This document shows positions 1-8,694 of a stretch of DNA of 64,000 nt, piece by piece. The notes beneath the pieces were generated by a model that worked only from the letters and a program-made list of their open reading frames with translations, ran no database searches and was not told where the DNA came from. The position numbers and the translations under genes were made by a program. This DNA comes from an uncultured Candidatus Saccharibacteria bacterium (GTDB taxonomy: Bacteria; Patescibacteriota; Minisyncoccia; SW-4-49-11), in the NCBI GenBank assembly GCA_964633865.1, contig CAZWIJ010000005.1, positions 6,453 through 70,452 of the forward strand, given 5' to 3'. Every line of letters begins with the position of its first letter. Position 1 is the stretch's first letter.

Positions 1-992
1 TAATCAACACCTAAATTATCAGACTTTATATTATCCTGATTAACCATGGTATAGCTTACCCCAATAAAGGGAACTCTTGTCTTACCAAATTGAGATACAT
101 CACTAGTCATTTTGGCTGCAAGATTTGATGGTAAAGCAAATCCTATTCCTTGAGCATTAGCGGCAACTGCTACATTCACACCTATTACTTTTCCATCTAA
201 ATCTAATAATGGACCTCCTGAATTACCTTGGTTGATAGCAGCATCTGTCTGAATTATATTAGATAATTGTTCCATATTCATACCTGATTGATCTGATGCC
301 ACTATTGTTCTACTTAAACCAGAAACAATCCCTTTACTTACAGTATTTTCAAACTGATTTAGTGAATTCCCAATCGCAATAGCTGTCTGACCAACTTTTA
401 TTTGAGATGAATCACCAAATTCTAATGGTGTTAAATTATCTTTCTCTATTTTAATTATAGCTAAATCTTGAGTTGGGTGAATATCTATAACTTTTGCTTC
501 TAATTTCTCTCCATCAGGAAAAACTACTGTATATGTTGCATCTTTTTCAGAAACAACATGTTTATTTGTCATTATAAAACCATCACTTGTAACTACAAAA
601 CCACTTCCACCTCCAACTTCTCTTTTTTCAGTAGGTGATTCTGTATTCTCATTTTGAGGTTGATTGGGTATTTGAATTCCTGTTCCAGGACCAAAAAAGA
701 AATCAAAAGGTGATATTCTTTGCATATTACCAACAGATATATCTTTAGATATAGTTATACTAACAACAGAAGGGTTTACTTTATCTATTACATTTACTAA
801 TTTTGATTGCTCCTCTGTTAGATTTAAATCTCTGACTAAATCTACTTTTTCATTACTTGCTTTATCAGAATCTTTCATATTACTTATATAACTATAAGAA
901 ATTCCACCAGCAAAAAAGCCTGTAAACATAGATAACAAAACACTAATTAAAACAACGGACACTAATTGATTAGATTTATATATTTGATTCAT
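1..992 (-). CDS. htrA: HtrA/DegP-family trypsin-like serine protease, runs off the left edge (not in ORF track)
   Basis: Manual translation from ATG at 992: N-terminal TM segment, GSGFVVTSDGFIMTNKHVV, DLAIIK, IQTDAAINQGNSGGPLLDLDGKVIGVN. Confidence 0.9.
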   Translation of the reverse strand, partial: MNQIYKSNQLVSVVLISVLLSMFTGFFAGGISYSYISNMKDSDKASNEKVDLVRDLNLTEEQSKLVNVIDKVNPSVVSITISKDISVGNMQRISPFDFFFGPGTGIQIPNQPQNENTESPTEKREVGGGSGFVVTSDGFIMTNKHVVSEKDATYTVVFPDGEKLEAKVIDIHPTQDLAIIKIEKDNLTPLEFGDSSQIKVGQTAIAIGNSLNQFENTVSKGIVSGLSRTIVASDQSGMNMEQLSNIIQTDAAINQGNSGGPLLDLDGKVIGVNVAVAANAQGIGFALPSNLAAKMTSDVSQFGKTRVPFIGVSYTMVNQDNIKSDNLGVD

Positions 993-1077
993 AGTAATTT
1001 GAACTTTATTATTAATATTTATAATAAGTATATGATACTTTAATTATATCAAATTTTTTAATTTTTTTATATAATAT

Positions 1078-3837
1078 TTATAAATTTTTTAGTTTTTCTT
1101 TTGCAATCTCTAAATCTGGTTGTTTTTCCAAAGCTTTCTCAAAAACAAACTTAGCTTTTTCAGTCTCTCCTTGAGCTATATAAACATCACCCAATAATAC
1201 ATAACTATCTATACTTTCTGGTAAATCTCTTATTAATACATTTAATAGTTGCTCTGATAATTGATATTCTTTCTCTTGATAATACAAATTAGCTAATCTA
1301 TATATTAATTTAACATCTGCTACTTTTTTATTTTTTTGTACTATCTCTATATATTTTTCCAAGACTTTTATCTGATTTGGATTATCTTTTAGTATAGCAT
1401 ATATATCAGCATACAACTCATATCCCAAAACATATGTAGTATTTTTGTTTAAACTTTTTTCTATATATTCTATTGCTTTGTCAATAAACTCAGGATTACT
1501 ATTTGTTTGATAAGATAATATATATAATTTAGCTCTATAAAAATCCCATTTTGGAGAATTTGGTTTTAAATTTTCTGCTAAATTTATATTCTCTAAAATA
1601 TCTTCATCATTAATTGAGCCATATCTTTTTATCAAAAATTTTAGATCAATTTCAGAATTGATAATATTTAATGAATATGGATATCTAATCTTTTGAATAG
1701 CTATTTCGTCAAGTAAACTTTTTATCTTCTGGTTCAATTCTGATATTTGTTCTGTGTTATTTTCATCTTGATTTTGAATAATTTCAGTTAATTTTTTGTC
1801 TAATAATTTAGTTTCTTGCTGAATATAATATTCGAAATACAAAGAGTAGTTAGTAAATTTATTTTTTGATTCAGTAATTTTTTCTAAGTTTATAGATTCA
1901 TCTGTAGAAGCTATAGCTAATTCATATAAATTATGAGCTTGAAAAGCTTTTATAAAATTTGATACAACAATAAAGTTTAAAAATATTAATCCAAAACTCA
2001 ATATACCGATTACACTAACTATTTGTGAATTATAATTTTTTAAACCTGTTTTCCCTTGCCATAAATTCATTGGAAAATTGAAATTTTCTTTACCTAAATA
2101 CAAAACAATTAATAAAATAACTCCTATCTTTGCTATTAATTCCATTGGAAAAAATAATAATAATATAAATAAAACCAAAACTAAACTCTGCTCTTTATTA
2201 ATAAATTTTGTTTGTATTATTGATGCTAAGAAATCTAAACCTATTAATAATAGAATAATCAATATAAAAATCAATCCAAAAGATCCTACCCTTACTATAA
2301 AATTAAATATTTCTGACCAAAAATTAAATAAATCAGTATCCCAAACACTAGTTTGCAAGAAATCATTAGGTAAAAATTTATTCCAAGTATAACTAACTCC
2401 TTTTCCATATAATAACGAATCTCCCAAAGATTGTCTTGTATAATTCAAACCTTGACTGAAATTAAGATAAAATTCTTGTGTTAAACTATTAGATTTTACA
2501 AATATTGAAGTGAATATTCCTATTACTAAGCTTATACTCCATATAATATATTTAAAAGAAAATTTATTTTTAGTTATATTATTTTCTTTTAAATCAACTA
2601 AAAATAATATCATTGCCATTGCAATACTCACTATTAACAAAGTCTGATTTTGAATAATTTGTAATAATAAAATATAATAAAATACTCCTAATAATAAAAT
2701 AAAATTATTAAAAATTAATGATATCCCCTTTTGCCCATAACTAATATACCAAAGAGATATAATTGATAATATTGTCAAAATTGCTATTTGTATAATAGAT
2801 GAGCTCAAAAAAGTATAGCTAGGAAATAATTTCTGTAGTAAATCTATTGGTTGTATATCAAAGCTAGAAACCAGAATTAAAGGTGTAACAGATACAATTA
2901 TTAATATACTCCAGATATTCAAAACAAACTTTACAAAATTTAGATTAACAAAAAATCTTAATATAAAGTAAAGTAATATTAAAGCTAAATATATAATTCC
3001 ACTATCAAATGGTCTTTGGACATTTCCCCAAACTAAACTTATATCTTTATTTAGAATTGTTAGTATGATTAATCCTATACCAAATAAAAGTATTGTTGCA
3101 TCATAAGCTGTAAATTTTTTCTGATAATCTATATTTCCAATAGCCCAAAGTAATAAAAAAAATATTGATATTAAAAATATACCTACACCAAAAACAACAG
3201 TTTTGATAATTTCCCAAGAAAATATCCAATTAGAATTAACAAAGAATATAGGTGAAATAATAACAAATATAAAAGAAATTAATATTAAAACCAAATATAT
3301 ATTAATTTTTGAATTATTAGTAGTAATTTTAGATTTCAGATCTAAAGATTTTGGTTGCTCTACTTTTTTTAATAACTCTCTCTTTTTATTCATATTACTT
3401 CTAAGTATATTTCTCTTACTAGTAGATTTATAGATTTCTTCTAGATTAAGATTGTGTTTAGCTATTAACTTAGTATTATTTCTTGATAAATTAATAGAAT
3501 TCTTTCTGTCTATATTAGACTTAATAATATCTTTTTTTGGAATTGGTTTTCTTTTTAAAACAATTGGTTTAGCAATTTTTACTGGGAGTTTTTCTTCAAA
3601 GTAATTAGTATTTTGAATTTGTTTTTTTAAAATTATTGGTTTTGCTACTCTAATTGGTAATTTTTCTTCTATTATTTGTTCTTTTGGAACCTTATTTATA
3701 ATTACAGGTTTAGGAATTTTCTTTACCTCTATTTTAGGGTTTTCTTTTTGTATATTTATTTTTATAAAATTACCAGTCTTTAATTTTTTTTCAGATTTAC
3801 TTTCCTTTACCAACGATACTCCAATTTTTTCCGTCAT
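1078..3837 (-). CDS. Polytopic membrane protein, O-antigen-ligase-like core with C-terminal TPR repeats and Lys/Pro-rich N-terminus
   Basis: About 12 hydrophobic segments; large loop 'LLYGKG...SEIFNFIVRVGSFG'; TPR-like tail (YVLLGDVYIAQGETEKAKFVFEKALEKQP). Confidence 0.6.
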   Translation of the reverse strand: MTEKIGVSLVKESKSEKKLKTGNFIKINIQKENPKIEVKKIPKPVIINKVPKEQIIEEKLPIRVAKPIILKKQIQNTNYFEEKLPVKIAKPIVLKRKPIPKKDIIKSNIDRKNSINLSRNNTKLIAKHNLNLEEIYKSTSKRNILRSNMNKKRELLKKVEQPKSLDLKSKITTNNSKINIYLVLILISFIFVIISPIFFVNSNWIFSWEIIKTVVFGVGIFLISIFFLLLWAIGNIDYQKKFTAYDATILLFGIGLIILTILNKDISLVWGNVQRPFDSGIIYLALILLYFILRFFVNLNFVKFVLNIWSILIIVSVTPLILVSSFDIQPIDLLQKLFPSYTFLSSSIIQIAILTILSIISLWYISYGQKGISLIFNNFILLLGVFYYILLLQIIQNQTLLIVSIAMAMILFLVDLKENNITKNKFSFKYIIWSISLVIGIFTSIFVKSNSLTQEFYLNFSQGLNYTRQSLGDSLLYGKGVSYTWNKFLPNDFLQTSVWDTDLFNFWSEIFNFIVRVGSFGLIFILIILLLIGLDFLASIIQTKFINKEQSLVLVLFILLLFFPMELIAKIGVILLIVLYLGKENFNFPMNLWQGKTGLKNYNSQIVSVIGILSFGLIFLNFIVVSNFIKAFQAHNLYELAIASTDESINLEKITESKNKFTNYSLYFEYYIQQETKLLDKKLTEIIQNQDENNTEQISELNQKIKSLLDEIAIQKIRYPYSLNIINSEIDLKFLIKRYGSINDEDILENINLAENLKPNSPKWDFYRAKLYILSYQTNSNPEFIDKAIEYIEKSLNKNTTYVLGYELYADIYAILKDNPNQIKVLEKYIEIVQKNKKVADVKLIYRLANLYYQEKEYQLSEQLLNVLIRDLPESIDSYVLLGDVYIAQGETEKAKFVFEKALEKQPDLEIAKEKLKNL

Positions 3838-6571
3838 AAATAATTCTTATAAGTTGATATTGAGATTCTAATTCAATGCTACTTGATCCATCTATTAATC
3901 CATTACTATTATTTATTATAACTTTATTTACAGAATTATCAACTTTTTTTATAATAATCTCTTTACCATTTAACTTTGGGTCATTAATTAAATTCAAATT
4001 TATCTCTCCCAAACTAGAATCCACTGATACAAAATTATCTGTTACTAAAATATCTCCTGATACACTAACTGTTCTATTATATGATATATTCTCCGAATTT
4101 GTTTCATTGTTAATTTTACCTAAGACAGTTAAATCTCCTTTGATAAACACATCTCCATCAACATTTAAGCCTTTTATATTTAAACTTTCTTGACTAAAAG
4201 AATTTCTTAATAAATCTGATGTTAATTGTATAGACTTAACTTTAGCATCTAATTCTTTTATAGATTCTAATAATAAAGGTGTTATTTTAGAATAATCCAT
4301 CTCAAGTAATCCATCATTTCTTTTTGATACAATTTCTGGTAATACTTTTTCTACTTCTTGAGACACAAAACCTACTTGTCGAGATTTTGTTTGTGAATTA
4401 GATTTCCAGTAGTAATAGTATCCTTTTAATTGATTTATCTTGTCAAGAGCTTGATCAATTTGTGTTATATCTCTTTTTACTGAAATATCAGATAACATAT
4501 TGTTAGAATTATTTAGTGTAGTCTGATTATTATCCCCAACAGTTAATGTATTTGGTAACGAAGCTATGGATACATATCCTCCGGTTAATCTTGTTAAATA
4601 ATTAACTGATGTTCCATTATAAGTTGTAAAATCTCCTCCTACTATTATTTTTCCATCACTCTGTATTGATGTGCTATATATATTATTATTAAACCCTGTT
4701 CCAGTATCAAAACTATTATCTATACTTCCATCACTATTTAATCTTATTATCCTGTTTGCACTTAATCCTTGATATGTACTAAACCCACCTCCTACTATAA
4801 CCTTCCCATCACTTTGAATTGATTTACTATATACACTACCATTAAACCCTGTTCCAGTATCAAAACTATTATCTATACTTCCATCACTATTTAATCTTAT
4901 TATCCTGTTTGCACTTAATCCTTGATATGTACTAAACCCACCTCCTACTATAACCTTCCCATCACTTTGAATTGATATATTATGAACAACAGCATTAAAG
5001 CCTGTACCTATATTAAAGCTATTATCTCTACTTCCATCATTATTTAATCTTATTATCCTGTTTGCATTTAATCCTTGATATGTAGTAAAATTTCCTCCTA
5101 CTATAACCTTCCCATCACTTTGAATTGTAATTATAACAGTATTAGAAGCAAATCCTGTTCCTATGTTAAAACTGTTATCTATACTTCCATCACTATTCAA
5201 TCTCACTATATAATTCACTCCTGTACCATTATATTCAGTAAATACACCTCCTATTACAATCTTTCCATCAAACTGAATTACTATAGTAGAAACAGTAACA
5301 CCAACGAATCCTGTACCAATATCAAAGCTATTATCTCTACTTCCATCACTATTTAATCTTATTATCCTGTTTGCACTTAATCCTTGATATGTACTAAAAT
5401 TTCCTCCTACTATAACCTTCCCATCACTTTGCAATACTATTCTATCAATCCTATTATCAAATCCTGTACCAATATCAAAGCTATTATCTCTACTTCCATC
5501 ACTATTTAATCTTATTATCCTGTTTGCACTTAATCCTTGATATGTACTAAAATTTCCTCCTACTATAACCTTCCCATCACTTTGGATTGATTTACTATTA
5601 ATAAAGGAGTTAAATCCTGTTCCTATATCAAAACTACTTGTGGATATTTCACTAATTCTTTGATCTAAATAACTTTTATTAATAAGAGTATTTGGATTAG
5701 CTGTATCTACAGTACTTAGATAACCATTTCCTGTTATATTAACATTTTGCAAGGTAGATAAACCTGCTACAGAAAGTGTATTCAAGCTAGTATTCCCCGT
5801 AACAGTTAAATTATTTCCAACATCAATATTTCCACCTGAAGATATAGAATCTACAACAGAAAGAGTTGTACCTACATTAGCCGATCCAGACACATTAAAA
5901 GTTCCAACAACATCTAGTGTAGATGTTGGAATAAGAGTTCCTATACCTACATTACCACTAGGTTCTATTATAAATCTAGTTGTAGGCAATACTCCATCAT
6001 CTCCTGTGAATATTAATTGACCTGTATCTGATATTCTTAAATTACTTAAATTTCCTGTACTTGAATTATCAGAAACTAATTTAAGAGAATTGAAAGCCGA
6101 TGCTACAGAAGTTAACTTTCTTCTTGGAGAAAATATTTCTTCATAAATATCATCTTCATCCAAGTCCATTTGAACTTCTATATATAAACTATTATTATTA
6201 AGAATGTTAGTAAGAGAGATATCAGTATTACAAGAACCTATAAGTACATCAAATTTACCATTAATTATTTCAGCTTTGGAACAAGCAACTCCAGGATTAC
6301 CATAAGTAGTAGTATCATCCATTGTTTCAGTCCAAAGAGCATTCCCACTAGTAGGAGCATCATAGATTATAATCTGCATATTATAATCTCCTGTTCCTAA
6401 CAAAACTGAATCTGAATTATAAATCTTTCCAGAATATCTAATAGTCTGGTCTATCCCACCATCAAAAGCTTTTATAGTTTCTAGATTTGAGATTAATAAT
6501 ATAGATGCTATTAAGAAAAATTTTAAATAATTTATTATGTTTTTTTCTTGTAAAATTTGATATTTGATCAT
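3797..6571 (-). CDS. Secreted tail-fibre-like adhesin: signal peptide, seven delta-60 beta-propeller repeats, Peptidase S74 intramolecular chaperone domain
   Basis: 7x 'IQSDGKVIVGG.F..Y.G....RIIRLNSDGS.DNSF..GTGF'; S74 motif SDISVKRDI...GFVSQEVEKVLPEIV...MDYSKITPLLLESIKEL; NVGIGT beta-stalk motif. Confidence 0.8.
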   Translation of the reverse strand: MIKYQILQEKNIINYLKFFLIASILLISNLETIKAFDGGIDQTIRYSGKIYNSDSVLLGTGDYNMQIIIYDAPTSGNALWTETMDDTTTYGNPGVACSKAEIINGKFDVLIGSCNTDISLTNILNNNSLYIEVQMDLDEDDIYEEIFSPRRKLTSVASAFNSLKLVSDNSSTGNLSNLRISDTGQLIFTGDDGVLPTTRFIIEPSGNVGIGTLIPTSTLDVVGTFNVSGSANVGTTLSVVDSISSGGNIDVGNNLTVTGNTSLNTLSVAGLSTLQNVNITGNGYLSTVDTANPNTLINKSYLDQRISEISTSSFDIGTGFNSFINSKSIQSDGKVIVGGNFSTYQGLSANRIIRLNSDGSRDNSFDIGTGFDNRIDRIVLQSDGKVIVGGNFSTYQGLSANRIIRLNSDGSRDNSFDIGTGFVGVTVSTIVIQFDGKIVIGGVFTEYNGTGVNYIVRLNSDGSIDNSFNIGTGFASNTVIITIQSDGKVIVGGNFTTYQGLNANRIIRLNNDGSRDNSFNIGTGFNAVVHNISIQSDGKVIVGGGFSTYQGLSANRIIRLNSDGSIDNSFDTGTGFNGSVYSKSIQSDGKVIVGGGFSTYQGLSANRIIRLNSDGSIDNSFDTGTGFNNNIYSTSIQSDGKIIVGGDFTTYNGTSVNYLTRLTGGYVSIASLPNTLTVGDNNQTTLNNSNNMLSDISVKRDITQIDQALDKINQLKGYYYYWKSNSQTKSRQVGFVSQEVEKVLPEIVSKRNDGLLEMDYSKITPLLLESIKELDAKVKSIQLTSDLLRNSFSQESLNIKGLNVDGDVFIKGDLTVLGKINNETNSENISYNRTVSVSGDILVTDNFVSVDSSLGEINLNLINDPKLNGKEIIIKKVDNSVNKVIINNSNGLIDGSSSIELESQYQLIRIIYDGKNWSIVGKGK
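4585..5637 (-). repeat. Intragenic tandem repeat, 153-bp (51-aa) unit, about 7 copies
   Basis: Identical blocks begin at 4688 and 4841, and at 5341 and 5494 (153-bp offsets). Confidence 0.9.
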
Positions 6572-6710
6572 TATAAAGTATAATTAATTTTTTAATTTAT
6601 ATGAATTTTATATTGTATATAGACATTATATTTAAATATCTATTAATTATTTATCAAATTTATTGATATAAATATAATAACATAAATTTTTATTATATTA
6701 CAGTCCAAAG

Positions 6711-6731
6711 TTATCCACAAAGTTATCCACA
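6711..6731 (+). promoter_or_regulatory. Two perfect tandem DnaA boxes (TTATCCACA)
   Basis: TTATCCACA at 6711-6719 and 6723-6731, inside a 12-bp repeat CAAAGTTATCCA. Confidence 0.7.
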
Positions 6732-6751
6732 AAGTTACTAAATTTTATTAG

Positions 6752-6780
6752 TTGACAGTTTTTTATATAGAAGCTACAAT
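6752..6780 (+). promoter_or_regulatory. Sigma70-type promoter of the pilin gene
   Basis: TTGACA (6752-6757), 17 bp, TACAAT (6775-6780). Confidence 0.75.
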
Positions 6781-6831
6781 AATATTGTAGTATGAAAAAT
6801 ACTAAATATTATAAAATTAATTTCATAAAAT

Positions 6832-7422
6832 ATGAAATACAATGTAAATGTACATAAAAAAGAAAAAGGTTTCACATTACTTGAAATCTTACTTGTTATA
6901 GCTGCTATTGGTATTTTAGCTGCTATTGTTATCGTAGCTATCAATCCTACACAACAGTTAGGTAAAGCTAGAAATGCTGAAAGACAATCAGAAGTTAATA
7001 CTATCTCCAATGCTATTTATCAATACTTTATTGATGAGGGTGTATTTCCAGGAGGATTAAATACAGCTTCAGCACTAACAGATCTTGATATATCAACTAT
7101 TAATTTAAATGATGGAACTGATATAGTAACTGGTGCTTGTGGGTTAACTGTAACAGCAACTAGTACTAATTATGTTAATTTATCTTCTCTTACACCAGAT
7201 TATATAGGATCATTACCTACAGATCCAAGTAATCCTACAGATAATTTAGCAACATCTGGACAAGTAACTGAAGCTGGAGCTCTAACACCTGCTCAAACAG
7301 TAGTATCTGGAAACCCTATTTGTACAGGATATACAGTGTCTAAAGAAACAACTTTATCTGGAAGAATTACAGTTGAAGCTCCTTTAGCTGAATTAGGAGA
7401 AACAATTTCTATCTTAAGATAA
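6832..7422 (+). CDS. Type IV pilin (probable major pilin)
   Basis: Class III signal peptide KG|FTLLEILLVIAAIGILAAIVIVAINP; LPTDP motif; two Cys; own promoter and terminator. Confidence 0.9.
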   Translation: MKYNVNVHKKEKGFTLLEILLVIAAIGILAAIVIVAINPTQQLGKARNAERQSEVNTISNAIYQYFIDEGVFPGGLNTASALTDLDISTINLNDGTDIVTGACGLTVTATSTNYVNLSSLTPDYIGSLPTDPSNPTDNLATSGQVTEAGALTPAQTVVSGNPICTGYTVSKETTLSGRITVEAPLAELGETISILR

Positions 7423-7452
7423 TAAAAATCTTAACTTAGAATTAATATAAAT

Positions 7453-7488
7453 AAAAAACTCTCTTATATAAAGAGAGTTTTTTATTTT
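7453..7488 (+). terminator. Intrinsic terminator after the pilin gene
   Basis: AAAAAACTCTCTT-ATATA-AAGAGAGTTTTTT. Confidence 0.8.
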
Positions 7489-7549
7489 GTATTTATCTAA
7501 ATATTATGTTATAATTTAGATAATAATAAATAATTAAAATTAGAATAAA

Positions 7550-8683
7550 ATGAAATCTGGATTTGTAACTTTAGTATTAGCCATAATAATATCAGCTGTA
7601 GGAACAGCAATTGCTATTAACTCACTTATTATTACTGACCAAAACAATAAAAATAATATTGTAAAAGAAGATTCTCTAAAGTCTCAGAAAATTGCTGAAT
7701 CTTGTTTAGAATTAGTATTTGATAAATTAATCCAAAATAAATTCTATTCTGGGGATGAGACTTTAACCATTGAAGGCGAAGAATGTAGAGTATATAGCAT
7801 ATACAAAAGATCAAATAAACATATCATTCAGATAGAAGCTGGGGCTCAAAATTATAAAAAATATCTTGAGGCTGAGATAAATCAACTTGCTCCAAATTTA
7901 AAAATCAAATATACCAAAAATATAACTAACCTTTCAGATGGGGATATTAATACATCAGCTTTTAATTCTAATAATCCCTATAAAATTAAAAATGCTAATT
8001 TAAAATTATGGCTTAAAGCTGATGGTATTAATATAAATAATAATATCGGATTTTCTACTTGGAGTGATTATTCTTCTGGACAAATTACACCTATCTCTTT
8101 CGAGCAATCGGATGAGACTAAAAGACCAAAATTCATAGAATATAATGATAATTTTTTACCTACGGTAAAATTTGATGGTGTAGATGACTTTATGTCTGCT
8201 GGAGCAGAAAATTTATTTGATAATACAAATGGAATGTCAATATTCATAGTAGGAAAATCAAATAAAGTAGATATTAATCAATCTTACATTAGTAAATTTA
8301 GCCAACCTGATAATAAGATGGAATGGAGATTCCAAAATGATAACTTTGCTATAGCTTCTCTTAATGGTACTATTAATCCTACTGACATAACTAATTTAAC
8401 TTCTGAGACTAATTATAGATTATTCTCAGGTATATGGATTCCTAATAATCCTATCGAAACATATATCAATTCTAGTACCTCTCCTATTTCCAATAATGCA
8501 ACCTCCTCCATAAACTCAATAAATATAACTGATACTGATCTTTTAATTGGAGCTATAGAAAATGGGAATGCTGGATTTTTAGATGGAGAAATATCTGAGA
8601 TTATAGTATATAATACTGCTCTTGATAATACAGAAAGACAAAGAGTTGAACAATATCTTAATACAAAATATGAAATTTATTAA
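7550..8683 (+). CDS. PilX-like minor pilin with C-terminal LamG/concanavalin A-like domain
   Basis: MKSG|FVTLV start lacking Glu5, 'IAESC'; LKLWLKAD...FDGVDDFM...FLDGEISEIIVYN...YLNTKY. Confidence 0.7.
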   Translation: MKSGFVTLVLAIIISAVGTAIAINSLIITDQNNKNNIVKEDSLKSQKIAESCLELVFDKLIQNKFYSGDETLTIEGEECRVYSIYKRSNKHIIQIEAGAQNYKKYLEAEINQLAPNLKIKYTKNITNLSDGDINTSAFNSNNPYKIKNANLKLWLKADGININNNIGFSTWSDYSSGQITPISFEQSDETKRPKFIEYNDNFLPTVKFDGVDDFMSAGAENLFDNTNGMSIFIVGKSNKVDINQSYISKFSQPDNKMEWRFQNDNFAIASLNGTINPTDITNLTSETNYRLFSGIWIPNNPIETYINSSTSPISNNATSSINSINITDTDLLIGAIENGNAGFLDGEISEIIVYNTALDNTERQRVEQYLNTKYEIY

Positions 8684-8694
8684 ATAATAAAAAT

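Noticed and set aside
4585-5637. Constant and variable alternation suggesting a CRISPR array or a DGR target
   Set aside because: The units are in-frame 153-bp coding repeats. Adenines in the constant parts are unchanged, several differences are at non-A sites, and no cas or reverse transcriptase gene is in the window.
6572-6831. Possible oriC (DnaA boxes, AT-rich DNA, local strand switch)
   Set aside because: Only two boxes, no dnaA/dnaN nearby, and most housekeeping genes to the right remain on the minus strand. GC skew was not computed, so this is disfavoured rather than excluded.
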